This document shows positions 39,318 through 52,148 of a stretch of DNA of 64,000 nucleotides, piece after piece; the stretch's first letter is position 1, and every line of letters begins with the position of its first letter. The notes under the pieces are model-generated. The model was not told where the DNA came from and searched no databases. It saw nothing but the letters and a program-made list of their open reading frames with translations. The DNA is from Chiloscyllium plagiosum (lineage: Eukaryota). The translations under genes were made by a program, and so were the position numbers. The DNA is taken from the NCBI RefSeq assembly GCF_004010195.1, contig NC_057751.1, positions 10,410,589 through 10,474,588 on the forward strand, written 5' to 3'.

Positions 39318-39995
39318 GCACATTTCTGCCACCTCCAAAAAGACCCCACCACCAGGGATATATTTCCCTCCCCACCCCTTTCCACCTTCCACAAAGACCG
39401 TTCCCTCCGTGACTACCTGGTCAGGTCCACGNNNNNNNNNNNNNNNNNNNNNNNNNNNNNNNNNNNNNNNNNNNNNNNNNNNNNNNNNNNNNNNNNNNNN
39501 NNNNNNNNNNNNNNNNNNNNNNNNNNNNNNNNNNNNNNNNNNNNNNNNNNNNNNNNNNNNNNNNNNNNNNNNNNNNNNNNNNNNNNNNNNNNNNNNNNNN
39601 NNNNNNNNNNNNNNNNNNNNNNNNNNNNNNNNNNNNNNNNNNNNNNNNNNNNNNNNNNNNNNNNNNNNNNNNNNNNNNNNNNNNNNNNNNNNNNNNNNNN
39701 NNNNNNNNNNNNNNNNNNNNNNNNNNNNNNNNNNNNNNNNNNNNNNNNNNNNNNNNNNNNNNNNNNNNNNNNNNNNNNNNNNNNNNNNNNNNNNNNNNNN
39801 NNNNNNNNNNNNNNNNNNNNNNNNNNNNNNNNNNNNNNNNNNNNNNNNNNNNNNNNNNNNNNCCCTAGCTTATCGCTCCACGCTTCAGGCTCACTGCCTT
39901 TATTCCTGATGAAGGGCTTTTTCCCGAAACGTCGATTTCGCTGCTCGTTGGATGCTGCCTGAACTGCTGTGCTCTTCCAGCACCACTGATCCAGA
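39318..39995 (+). mobile_element. Young Penelope-like element (gap inside)
   Basis: HFCHLQKDPTTRDIFPSPP; the 3' terminal unit is nearly identical to that of 3883-4798. Confidence 0.85.
39906..39933 (+). ncRNA. Minimal hammerhead ribozyme core (PLE type)
   Basis: CUGAUGA-A-GGG-CUUUUU-CCC-GAAA-C-GUC at the 3' end of a young PLE. Confidence 0.65.
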
Positions 39996-40606
39996 TGAAA
40001 ACAACCCATGTCATGCAGGACTGGGTGCCATGGAGGTAAGAAACGTGAGGGATGGAGTCTTAAATAAATCTAGTCTCATTTGCCAACATATGACCCATAT
40101 CCTTCCCCATCCTTCCTAATCATTTACCCGTCCAGTTGCATTTTAAATGCTGTAATTGTGCCAGCCTCCATCACTTTCTCTGGCAGCTCATTCCATAAAT
40201 GAACCACCTTCTATACGAAAACTTGCTCCATAGGTCCCTTTTAAAGCTTGGGAATTTTTGTTCGGGTACACGATCTGATCTCAGACATGTTTACCCTAAA
40301 TACAGAAATGATGTACTCATACTTGTAGATTTTATGGCGAAAATTATGTTCATCATATGCACACAAACATTTGTGCCTAAACTGTTGTCCATTGCACTCT
40401 CACTTTGCTGTATCATTTGTACAACTGCACTGAAAAGCCTGTCTACTAACAAGGGAAAGAAGACCATAGTAGAAAACCACTGTTTTAAACCAACAGATTT
40501 CAGGATACTAAGTATGCACTGAAGAGGAATGTTCTAATTCTACAGTGTGAAATAGACTAGTTGAGGAAAATAAATAGAATGAGCTTATTTTTCTTGTTAT
40601 ACCTAC

Positions 40607-40624
40607 CGTAGAGTGGGGTGGCAT
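40607..40624 (-). CDS. TMEM86-like first coding exon, proximal copy (MPPHST)
   Basis: ATG CCA CCC CAC TCT ACG|gtaggt, phase 0, in frame with exon 2. Same layout as the short first coding exon of TMEM86A (MVSPVTV). Confidence 0.75.
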
Positions 40625-40985
40625 CACTGTGTAAAAAGGCTATGTGCTGCGTGTTTGTCTGGATTCCAGGATATGCCGGAGCTGTTTTCTGTTCAGTTCA
40701 GCTTCCAGAGAACACGATGTGGCCAGCTGAGGTTTCACGCTGACATTGTTTGCCATTGTTATGCAAATTCATGAATCTTAATCTTTCAGTGATGTGAAAC
40801 TGAGTCCACCGGTTGAACTTGACAGGAAAAGGTTATGTTTGTCTCAAATCAGATGTGTTTTCAATGCGTCACATGACCACATTACTTGGCAGTAGCCCAA
40901 GCCAGGCAGAGCCTGACGGTGGCAGTCACAACACTTCCACTGGAATCTGGGTGTGCTTTCTACATCAGATTTTTACTTGGGGGAT
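40625..40985 (-). promoter_or_regulatory. Putative proximal TMEM86-like promoter and 5'UTR
   Basis: Non-repeat DNA alignable to the duplicate. Octamer ATGCAAAT at 40761-40768, E-box GTCACATGAC at 40868-40877, ETS core CACTTCC at 40932-40938. Confidence 0.45.
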
Positions 40986-41924
40986 TGGTTTATAAATTCA
41001 GTTTTCAACAGCAACAAAAGCTAATGATTTCACCCTTCTGAAATAAGCGTTTCTTCTAATGCTATTTACACTGAATTATGCAAGTCTACAACTGGTAACT
41101 TTGATTGCAAACATTTTTGGATATGGGATTACCTGGCATCATGCAGTGTGATGCCTGCAGATTTTGTTTGTTATTCTGATGAAGGAATAGATTTGAGTGA
41201 TCCTTTAACGCTCTCCCTAAGTCACATGGAGTTCATGTACAGCAAAGATCTTACTTTTCGTTGACCTGATTAGCTCCTGATTTAGCATCACCTCAATTTT
41301 TTAAATACATGTTCTGGTTTTCAAATCCTCTTTCGTTGTGTCTCTGGCCTTGTCTGTCCTGAACCTGACTTTCTGATAGAAAAATGTTCCCCTTCCATTC
41401 TAGCCTCTTTGAACTTCTCTGACTTTACTTGCTCACTAGTGGTCCCGTTCCTTCTGCTGCCATGGATCTATAGGATTCCCTCACAAAGCCTCTCCAGCAT
41501 TTCATCTGAATAATGCTGCTTTGTTGATGTATTTTTAAAAGTGTGTTGACCTGAGAATGCAAGTGCACCACCTTCCTCTATACCTGCAGTGTTGTCAGGA
41601 AAGGAATTAAACAATTTTGACCCATTGATAATGAAAGAACTATGATGTATTTCCGAATTAGGAACTTTACATGCAATTCTAAAGGTGCTTGTTAAATTGC
41701 CATATAATAGATTTGTTGACAAATTTAGAGCTCATGGATTGAAAGAAAACTGAGCAACATGAACACAAAATTGGCAGATTGACAAGAGAACACAGAAAAA
41801 AAATCGTCTTTTGGACAGGAAGAGAGTTTACAGTGGAGCTCCTTTTGATTTGGCATTAAAACTCTTGTCTTATGCACAGTTTCAAAATTTGTAAAGGATA
41901 CGTCATTATTATTTTCTGATACGA

Positions 41925-42275
41925 GGGTGGCACGATGGCTTAGTGGTTAGCACTGCTGCCTCACAGCGCCAGGGAACGGGTTCAATTTCAGCTTTGGGTT
42001 TCTGTATGGAGTAAGCACATTCTACCTGTGTCTGCTTGGGCTTTCACTGGGTTCTCTGGTACTCTTCCAGGGAACAAATGTGTGCAGGTTTGGTAGATTG
42101 GCTGTGGGAAATTATTCCATATCATCCAGGGATGTGTCAGCTAGGTGAATTAACCAGTGCAGGGTTACAGGAATAAGGTCAGGGATTTGGGTCTGGGTGG
42201 GATTCTCTTTGGAGGGTTTGTGCAGACTGAATGGGCTGCATGGCCTCTTCCTGCACTGTAAGGATTCAATGATTT
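41925..42275 (+). mobile_element. HE1 V-SINE
   Basis: gggtggcacgatggcttagtggttagcactgctgcctcacagcgccagg head, B-box ggttcaatt, CR1-like tail. Confidence 0.88.
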
Positions 42276-43599
42276 GAAGAAGGTCCCTCGATATTACCTC
42301 GTCTCTGGAGTAATCATCTCGTGATAAAATCCTCCCATTGTTGCCTCCCCTTGTTGCACTCTCTGTTGGTTAACCTCTTCTTGAATCCTGTAATCGCATG
42401 TCCAGCCAACAACTTTCTCTTTCCTTTGATGGCTTCATCCTTCTATCCTTTCCCTATTGATATTCTTGGCTTTGTTGTCTCCCAAGTGGAGATCCAAATC
42501 TTCCTCCATTGCTTAAGGTTCCCTCAAGAAACTCAAACACCTCCTCGATTCCAAACGTAACATATACCTGAAAAATGTTTAACAATGTCAAAATCCTGAG
42601 TACCCCCAGACACGAGGTGTGATTGAAGACTTTTTCCAGTACGTCAATGTTAGACAAGATTCAAGTAAAAACATCTTGCATGGGGTAACATCTGCACCTC
42701 TAAGTTCTCATTTGTGACTGTGAAATTTGAGACAGTAGCACTTGCAATATTGCTGTTTGGTGTGCAAACACACATATATGAGGGACTCTAGGCCAGACAC
42801 CATGTTGGCGAGGCAATACAGGGCTGTGAATGCAATATCCAGAATATGCAGATGATGTTAGCATCCAACAGTGATTTGATGCCATGATTGCCATTTTTTA
42901 ATCTTGCCACTCTAGCCATGCTTTCAAAGTGAATATCTTTAGAGACAGATCCTAATTGAAAGGGAAAACTAAAAAGGGAAACTGAGAAATGGAACTGAGC
43001 CATCCAGCTTCTCAGGACATGAAGGCTCAGATGGAGATGGATAATGGAAACTGCTTGGACCCACCTCAAAGGTCACAGAATAAAAACTCAGATGATTAAC
43101 CTCATGGTGAAGTACAAGCAGGCTGAAGAAGACTAATGTTAGATCCAGAATCCAAGAATAGGTAACCAGCTGTGACCAAGCTTCAGTTATATTGATTGGA
43201 GGATTTAGAGTGCAGGTGGTTATCCGACATAGTATTTCATGTTTGTTTTGTTTCACTCTTTTGTCTTACTGTGAACATTATTTTGTTTTAACTTGTTGAT
43301 TTTGTGGCTTCATTCTTGCAGTAAATAATTTGGACAGCCGGCATGCTGCATTGAATGGCCTTCTTCAGCACTGTAACAATCCTGTGATTCTGTACTGTTG
43401 ATGGTGTTGTGGTGACTGTTATCTCCATCAAATTCCTTTTGTGATGGAGCAGGCAAGATGTGTAACCTCTCTGAGTTTACATTCCACTGCTTTGTCAGAG
43501 AGAGATGCCACGCTTTGTTCTGAACAGAGAGAGGCAGGTGGAGTATGCATGTGGCTTTGCCAAGATAAAGACCTTCCCTTGCTCTCTTCTCTCCTTTCT

Positions 43600-45595
43600 C
43601 CCCTTGTCCTCCAATCTTTCCCCTTTCACATTCATGATTGTTCTGATGCTTTACGTGATTTCAAAATTTCCAGTTTATGGGCAACAGCCAACTCCTGTTC
43701 ACCATGTATGTGCAGTCCCTTGACACTTCCGTCTACCATCCACATAGTCTTAGGCTTCTGCACAGCTTCATAGTAGTAAAGCCTGAACCATCCACCATCA
43801 TTCTCCTTGGCCTGTCCTCACTTTGAACAACTCCTTTAATTCCTCTCACCTTCAGATCAAAGGGCTGGCCATGACCATCTGCATACACCCGTGTTCTGAC
43901 TGTCTCATTGTGGGAACTTCCCTTGTTCAAATCCTATTCAGGCCTCCAACCACAACTCTTCTTTTGATCTATCAATGGACAACAGACAACAGGTGCAGGA
44001 GTAGGCCATTCGGCCCTTTGAGCCAGCACCACCATTCATTATGATCATGGCTAATCATCCACAATCGGTATCCTGTTCTTGCCTTATCCCCATAACCCTT
44101 GATTCCACTATCTCTAAGAGCTCTATCCATCTCTTGCTTGAAAGTATTCTGAGACTTGGCCTCCACTGTCTTCTGGGGCAGAGCATTCCATATGTCCACT
44201 ACTCTATGAGTGAAGAAGTTTCTTCTCAATTCTGTTCTAAATGGCCTACCCCTTATTTTTAAACTGTTTCCTCTGGTTCTGGACTCACCCATCAGTGTAA
44301 ACATGCTTCCTGCCTCCAGAGTGTCCAATCCATTAATAATTTTATACGTCTCAATTAGATCCCCTCTCCTCCTTCTAAACTCAAGTGTATCGATGGCATC
44401 ACTAATGCAGATTCCCTTTCTCGTTTGGAATTGGAAATAATTGTCAATCTCAATTCCAGTTTCCACCCTGCTCTCACCTTGAGATTGGTCATTTTCTGAG
44501 TCCACCCTTCCCTTCCTCGACATCTGTGTTTCTATTTCTGGGGAGAGGCTGCTCACTGATTCCTATTATGAACCCACTGACTCCCACGGTTACCTGAATA
44601 TATATTCCTCACACCCTGCTTCCTGAAAGAACACTGGTTTCTCCCAGTTTCTCTATCTGCATCACAACTGTTCCAATGATGCCACCATCCACACGGGGGC
44701 CTCAGAAATGTCTAGCTTCTTCCTCAAGTGAGGATTCTCCACCACCGTGTTTGACAAGGCTCTTGCTGTTTTCTGGCCCATTTTCCACACTTCTGCCGTC
44801 ACCCTCTTCCCTCCCAGAACAGTGGTAATGTCCACCCAAGTCTTCACTTATGACCCCAGAACCTCCATATTCAAAAAACCCAAGGCTGCCATTTTCATTA
44901 TCTTCAGCAGGATGCCATGATCAGACACATTTTTGCCTGGCCTCCTTTGTCAACATTTCACAGGGACCATTCCCTCCAGACAGTCTGGTCCATTCTTTCT
45001 CCACTCCCAAAACCTTCCCAAACCCCATTACACCTTCGCTATGCAATTGCAGAAAATCTAACACTTGCCTGTTTAACTCGCCCCTCATCACAGTCCAAGG
45101 CCCCAGACAGACCCTCCAGGTGAAACAGCGATTTACTTGCTCTTCATTCAATCTAGTCTACTGTATTCGCTGTTCACAGTGTGATCTCCTCTACATGGGA
45201 GAGATGAAGCACAGGTTTCATAGAACACCTACTTTCTGTCGGTGAAAATGACCCTGAGCTTCCAGTTGCCTGCTACTTCAACACATCACTATGTTCCCAC
45301 ACCAAATGTTTCTATCTCAGTGTTCCAGTGAGTTTCGGCACAAGCCAGAAGAAGAGCATCTCATTTTCAACCAAGGAGCCTGCAATCTCCAGGATTTGAT
45401 ATCGAGCATAATAACTTGGAAGTCTGATTCCATCCCTCATGTTTCTTACCTCCATGGCATCCTGTCCTGCATGATGAGTCACCAGTTGGAAACGTTAACT
45501 CTGCTTTCTCCCCACTAATGCTGCCATGCCTAATAAGTTTCGACAGCAATTTCTGTTTTTATTTGAAATCTCCAGCATCTGCAGTCTTTTGTTTT
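43600..45595 (+). mobile_element. Penelope-like element RT plus GIY-YIG plus terminal unit (copy B), decayed
   Basis: LQIKGLAM; QRFTCSSFNLVYCIRCSQCDLLYMGE. Confidence 0.85.
43979..44388 (-). mobile_element. CR1 3' end private to copy B
   Basis: RGDLIETYKI...RNFFTHRVV; TSD-like TATCAATGG/TATCGATGG; empty site at about 34957. Confidence 0.9.
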
Positions 45596-46172
45596 ACTCA
45601 ATAAATCTTCTGTGTCGTTCAGGCCATCGTAGCTGGGTTTGAGCGACACCACATTGAAATGCCTTATTGATTGCATTCAGTAGTGGAGGGTAAATTTCCA
45701 GATTTTCCTCAGTTTCTTCCCTAAGGTTTTGCCTTCCACAGTGCTTATTCCATGTGATTGATGACATTGGTTGATGTGAAAATTCACCATCAGCAGGGAG
45801 CCTCACACAATCAATCCTGAAAGTGTGGGTGCACACCTTGGGATTTTCTGTTCAGGTAATCGAACTGATCTAAGACATGTTTACCCCATATACACAGATA
45901 ATGTACTCGTAAATTCTATGAAGAAACCTACAAACACTTTTGCACACAAACATTTGTGCTTCAGCAGTTGTCGGATTAACACTCACACATTGCTGTATCA
46001 GACTTATGCAACTGTATAGAAGACCATAGTAGAAAACCATTGTTTTAAACCAACAGCTTTCAGGATACATTTGTGCAAATATGCACTGAGGCAGAACACT
46101 ATGCTTCTACAGTGTGACTTACACTAATCAAAGAAAATAAAGAGAACAAACTTATTTTTCTTGTTTACCTAC

Positions 46173-46190
46173 CGTAAGATGAAGTGGCAT
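46173..46190 (-). CDS. TMEM86-like first coding exon, distal duplicate (MPLHLT)
   Basis: ATG CCA CTT CAT CTT ACG|gtaggt; paralogous to 40607-40624 with ATG, frame and donor retained. Confidence 0.65.
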
Positions 46191-47255
46191 TATTGTATGA
46201 AAAAGCTGTATGCTGCGTGTTTCTCTGGATTCCGGAATATGTCGGAGCTGAACTGTTTTGTTTCTTTGTTCTTCACTTCGTTTTTCTGAAACATGGGTGT
46301 GGTCAGCAGATGTTTCACACTGACTGATGTTGATAGTGATATGTAACTTTATTAATCTTTAAATATTTCAAGGGTGTGAAACTGGTTCCACCAGTTGAAC
46401 TTGAGAGGGAAAGTTTATGTTGGTTTCAAATAGGAGACAATTTACCTTGAAAATGGAGTTGCAGGGAGACAGGGCAGTGAAGATGGCATTTGGTACACTT
46501 GTCTTTATTGGTCACTGCGTTAATAGTTAAGAGCATAATAGTTGAGAGGTCGTTTTGGTGCTGTACAGGACATCAGTTAGCACTGTTTTGGAATACTGTG
46601 TTCATTTCTGGTCTCCCTGCCATAGGAAAGATGTTGTGAAACTTGAAAGGGTTCAGAAAAGTTTTACAAGAATATTGCTGGGGTTGGAGGGTTTGTGCTA
46701 TAGGGAGAGGCTGAATAGTCTAGGGTTATTTTTCCTGGAGCATTGGAGGCTGCGGAGTGACCTTCTAAAGGTTTGTAAAATCATTGGGGGCCTGGATAGG
46801 GTAAATAGACAATGTCTTTTCTCCACGGTAGGGGAGTCCAAAACGAGGGGCCAAAAGTTTAATTTGAGAGGGGAAAAGCTTTAAAAGGGACCCAACAGGC
46901 AACATTTTCACACAGAGGCTGGTGTGTGTATGGAATGAGCTGCCAGAGGAAATGGAGCAGATTGGTACAATTACAACATTTAAAAGGAATCTGGAGTGGT
47001 ATATGAACAGGAAGGGTTTAGAGGTATACTGGTCAAATGCCGGTTAATAGGATTAATTTATTTAGGACGCATGAATAAGTTGGACTGAAGGATCTGTTTC
47101 TGTACTGTACAGCTCTATGACTCTAAGTGTTTTGAACACATCACATGACCATGTTATATAGCAGTAGCCTGAGTAAGGCAGCTCCTGACAGTATCTGTCA
47201 CACCACTTCCATCGGAATCTGGGTGTGCTTCCTAGATTGTATTTTCACTTGGGGA
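46191..47255 (-). promoter_or_regulatory. Putative distal TMEM86-like promoter and 5'UTR, split by a CR1 insertion
   Basis: Paralog of 40625-40985. TATA-like TATTTAAA at 46358-46365 (minus strand); TCACATGA at 47141-47148 and CACTTCC at 47204-47210 lie beyond the CR1. Confidence 0.4.
46433..47124 (+). mobile_element. CR1 3' fragment inserted in the distal promoter
   Basis: ORF 46555-46884 LEYCVHFWSP; absent from copy A at about 40852. Confidence 0.92.
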
Positions 47256-47329
47256 AAGTTCTGCTCTGCTTGGATCAGTGCTGTACTGTATTGCATTGAT
47301 TGAAGGATCAAGACTCTTAGGCTGCAGAT

Positions 47330-47980
47330 CTTATGTACTAAATTACAGAGAAAGACAGAATGGGCAGATCAATGGCAAATGGAATTTAATGAAGAGATCT
47401 ATGCCTCTATGACCTGATTGGTTTTATACTACGGACAGCATAAAATAAAGGGGACAATTCTTTCGGGGTTCGGGAGTACAGAAACCTAAGTGTTTGTCTG
47501 CATGAACCATTGGAAGTGGCAGCACAAATTGACAGAATATTGAATAAATAATATGCTTTCTTTTATTTATCAATCAGAACATAGATTAGAGGTTTGGAAA
47601 CCGTGCATGGGCAATAAGTAGTGGGTCTAAGTAAGGTTTAGGGATAGGCACAGGCTTGGTGGGCTGAAGAGCCTATTCCTGTGTGTGTTGTCTGCATAAT
47701 ATTGATGGAAAGATCAAGACCAGAGGGTGCAGATTTAATGTCATTGAACAGAGAAGCAATGGGTACATGAGGGAAACTTTTGTGAAGTGTGAGTTTTTAC
47801 GATCTCCAATGCACTGCCTGAGAGTGTGATCGAGGGAGGTTTAATCGAAGCAAAGAAGATGAAATTGGATTGTTATCTAAAATAAAAAATGTGGTGAACT
47901 ATGAAGAGAAGGCAGGGAGTGGCTCTAATTTAACTTCTCATTCAGGGAGCCAGCAGAGACATGACAGATTCTGTGGTGAC
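47330..47980 (+). mobile_element. Old CR1 3' fragment
   Basis: WADQWQMEFN remnant. Confidence 0.7.
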
Positions 47981-48011
47981 ACTGTAGTGAACATGCTGGG
48001 ATTATAATCAG

Positions 48012-48283
48012 AGAACCATAGAAGTCCTTCAGTGTGTAAACAGGCCCTTTGGCCCAGCAAGTCCACACCGACCCTCCGAAGAGTAACCCATCCAGGTCCA
48101 TTGCCCTATTACTCTACCCTAATTACCCCTGACTAATGCACCTAACCTACATATTCCTGAACACTATGGGCAATTTTGCATGACCAGTTCACCTAATCTG
48201 TACATCACTGGATTGTGGGAGGAAACCGGACCACAGGGAGGAATCCCATGCAGGCACAGCTAGAATGTGCAAACTCCACACAG
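48012..48283 (-). mobile_element. HE1 V-SINE, 5'-truncated
   Basis: V-domain and tail homologous to 56402-56630. Confidence 0.85.
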
Positions 48284-50414
48284 TCTTTTAGTTCAGTTTG
48301 TTGGTTACCAGTTCAGTTCAAGCCCTGGTTGCTGCCCTTTTAAATCACATGGTGAAAGGAAGCCAGAAAGCAGCTGCAAATCATTGTGAGATGAAGTGAG
48401 TCACAATCTTTCAATGGTCTTCTGGCACAGGGTAGTGTCCCTAACTTGAAGCCATGAAAGTCTGGGCTCAAATCTCAGCTATCCCAGACATGTGTCATTG
48501 CATATCAGAAAGAGTTGATTAAAAATATGTGATAGGTTAAAAAATTGTGAGAGAATGGTCAAGGCAATTAAAATGCTGATTGCGCATTTTAGTTTCTTGG
48601 GACTTTTGTGGCGTACTGGTAGTGTCATGACCTCTGAGCCAGGAGATTTGGGTTTGAGTCTCACCTGCTGAGTGGGAACATCTTTGAGTATGTTGACATG
48701 AAAATATTTAGATTTGAGAAATCGAATGGTAGAATCTTCTGAGATCTGTGGAATCTTGTGACTTGATGATAATAGTGGAGTGAGGGATTTATCACATCTT
48801 GAGGTGACAGATTGTGTTTGAATCCAGTTCATCTGCTATTAGTGGCCCACAACACCTCATGGACACTCAGTTTTGAGTTGCTAGATTTGTTTGAAATCTA
48901 TGCCATTCCGCATGGTCGTATTGCTGCACAACATCATGTGGGGTTTTGTCACCTTGAAACCAGTACCATCTCCACAAGAATTGTGTGGAGAGTGCTCGAA
49001 CCAATTCTGTCATGAACAAATGCATCTGCAATAAGCATATTGGTGAGACTGAGGTCAAGTTGGTCGTCCATTGTTGTTGGTGCCCTCCCCACCTGCCACA
49101 GACACAGCTTAGCAGCTCTGTGCTTTAAGAATTTGGACAGCTTGATAAGTAGTCACGTCACCAAGCCACTCCGATGGTGGATATTTAATCCACCTTTCCT
49201 GATGCATTCTGTGCCCTTGCCACCCTCAACCCTCCTTGTGGAGAAGGACTGATTCGTCAGTCAAGGGGATGGTGAGTAGCAATCAATCAGTAGAAGGTTT
49301 TCTTACCCAAGTTTGTCCCAATGTTAATGAAATGTCATGAGATCCAGTGACATTGCTGAGATCTCCTAAAATAATTCCCTGCTAACTTGTGCTGCAGCTT
49401 GAGTTGGATAGGACATACCCAGGGTGGGTGATGCTGGCATCTGGGACGTTGTAAGGTGTGCATTCATGAGTGTGGAGATTTAACAAGGAGGATTTTGCAG
49501 AGGTGACAGCCCTGGTTTGCCATTGTCATTTCCAGGACCATGGTCAATGCTGAGCCAAGTGGCTAGTTTAATTTTTTTTGTTTAAGACTTTGTAGCTGTT
49601 TTGACACAATTGTGTCACCTTGCTTTAAGTCTCAAGGTGACTTAGAACAGTGTATTCTCAATGTGGACCCAAGCCAGCTGGTGAAGGAACAAAATACCTT
49701 TAATGTGGCTGCAGATTATTAATCACTCGGTCTTTAAGCTCTATCACACAATAGTCTCATCTGTTCCCCCTTTCTATGTTCCTTGTCAATGAATTGATAA
49801 AGTAGCCCCAATAACCTGGGACATAACTTTCCATATTCACTTGCAGCATTTTTTCAGTACTGCACTGATGTGTTGGCCTAGATTTTAAGTTAGCCTCTGT
49901 GGAGTGAAATTTGAACCCATCAGTTTATATCTGCAGAGGTGAGCAGGTGATCATGAGAATGGCATGCACTCACAGTACACTCAGGACATAACTGCTTCGT
50001 CAGTCCTTCTACCAGTTCAGAATCCAACCTCCTTCCTCTTGGCCCTTCCCTGTGCGTTGGCAGAATGATCAAAGGAATGAAATTTTTGGTTAAAGTTTTC
50101 CTGTCCTGAGCACCAGTGAATAATGTTGGCTTATTGTTCTTGCCATTCTGCTGGCTCAGAGGTGATATTTTTAATCAACTTTTTAAGTGCCCCCTTCAGA
50201 GCAGGTGAGACTTGAACCCAGGCTTTCAGGCCAAAGATCTCAGTGTGCCACAAAAGCCCTGTTTTCTCAGAGTGCTCTGGGCTTGAGCAGAGACAATTTT
50301 AATCAATCAGTAAACATTCAGAGTGCACATCAATGTCAAATTCATTGCCCCATTTTTGTTTATTTGCAATTTTCCAACATTCAGTGTTGTTTTCTTTAAA
50401 ATTTCCTGTGGTGC

Positions 50415-51995
50415 CAAAAAATGTCCATATTACAGAGGAGGAGATGCTGGACATCTTAAAATGCACAAAGGCAAATCAATCTCCAATACCTGATCAGATA
50501 TATCCTAAAACTCTGTGGGAAGCTAGGGAAGAGATTGCTGGGTCCTTTGCTGAGATATTTGTATCATCGACAGCCACATGTGAGATGCCTGAAGACTGGA
50601 GGTTGGTTAACATGGTGCCACTATTTTGGTAAGAAAAAGCCATGGAACGATAGACCTGACATCAGTGGTGGGCAAGTTGTTGGAGGGAATCCTGAAGGAC
50701 ACAATTTACATGTATTTGGAAAGGCAATATCTGATTAGGGATAGTCATGTGACTTTGTGGATGGGAAATCTTGTCTTTTGAAGAAGGCTTTTGAAGAAGG
50801 AATGAAGAGGATTGAAGAAGGCAGAGCAGTGGACATGATCTATATGGACTTCAGTGAGGTGTTCACGAAGCTTCCTTGTGGTAGGCTGGTTAGCAAGGTT
50901 AGATCACATGGAATACAGGGAGAACTAACCATTTGGCTACAGAGCTGGCTCAAAGGTAGAAGCAGAAGGTGGTGGTGGAGGGTTGCTTTTCAGACTGGAG
51001 GCCTGTGACCAGCGGTGCTGGGTCTACTGCTTTTCGTCATTTATATAAATGATTTGGTTATGAACATAGGAGGTATGGTTTGTAAGTTTGCAGATGACAC
51101 CAAAATTGGAAGTGTGGTGGACAGTGAAAATGGTTACCTCAGAGTACAACAGGATCTTAATCAAATGGGAAAATGGGCCAAGAAGTGGCAGATGGAGTTT
51201 AATTTAGATAAATGTGAGGTCCACATTTTGGAAAGGCAAATCAGGGTAAGACTTATACACTTAATGATAAGGCCCTGGGGACTGTTGCTTAACAAAGAGA
51301 CCTTAGAGTGCAGGTTCACAGTTGCTTGAAATTGGAGTTGCAGATAAACAGGGTAGTAAAGAAGGTGTTTGGTATGCTTACCTTTATTTGTTCACTACAT
51401 TGAATAAAGGAGTTGGGAAGTCATGTTGCAGCTGGACAAAAGTTGGCTACTTTTGGAATACTGTGTAAAATTCTGGTCTCCCTGCTATTGGAAAGATGTG
51501 TGAAACTTGAAATGGTTCAGAAATTATTTACAAGGATGTTGCCAGGATTGGAGGATTTGAGCTATACGGAGAGAATAAATAGGCTGGGGCTGTTTTCCCT
51601 GGAGCGTCGGAGGCTGAGGGGTGACTTTATATAAGATTATAAAATCATGAGGGGCGTGGATAGGGTCAATAAACAAGATATTTTACCCGGGATGGGGGAG
51701 TTTAAAACTAGATGGCATAGGTTTAAGTTGAGAAGGGAAAGATTTAAAAGGGACCTGAGGGGCAACCTTTTTACACAAAGGGTGATGCTGTGTATGAAAT
51801 GAGTTGCCAGAGGAAGTGATGGAGGCTGGAACAATTACAACATATAAAAGGCATCTGGTTGGGTATATGAATAGGAAGGGTTTAAAGGGACATGGGTCAA
51901 GTGCTGGCAAATGGGACTAGATTAATTTAGGATATGTGGTCGGCATGGCGAGTTGGACTGAAGAGGTTGTTTTTGTGTTGTACATCTCTATGACT
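50415..51995 (+). mobile_element. CR1 LINE RT-to-3' fragment
   Basis: FVIYINDL...KFADDTK, WQMEFNLDKC; CTATGACT tail. Confidence 0.92.
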
Positions 51996-52148
51996 GTTGG
52001 TCCCGAGGCTTGATTTTCTACAGGGTAAGGCCTTCTTCTCTTGCATGATTGATTGTTGGAAATTCTGTGATCCATTGTTCCTGCAGAACTGAATTGGTAA
52101 TTCGAAATTAGCCAAATCCAAGTTCACTTTGGCAAGGTTGCTGGTAGC

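Larger units (their letters stand above)
31990..40985. repeat. Tandem segmental duplication, copy A
   Basis: Colinear blocks: 32041-32991 with 42446-43415, 34380-35710 with 43416-45150, 40237-40985 with 45837-47255; each copy has private TE insertions. Confidence 0.9.
41925..47255. repeat. Tandem segmental duplication, copy B
   Basis: Partner of copy A. Starts at an HE1 SINE whose head survives in copy A at about 31990-32040. Confidence 0.9.

Noticed and set aside
41000..41925. Second copy of TMEM86 exons 2-3 (a full gene duplicate)
   Set aside because: No similarity to 31131-31389 or 26008-26417 was seen between the two first exons.
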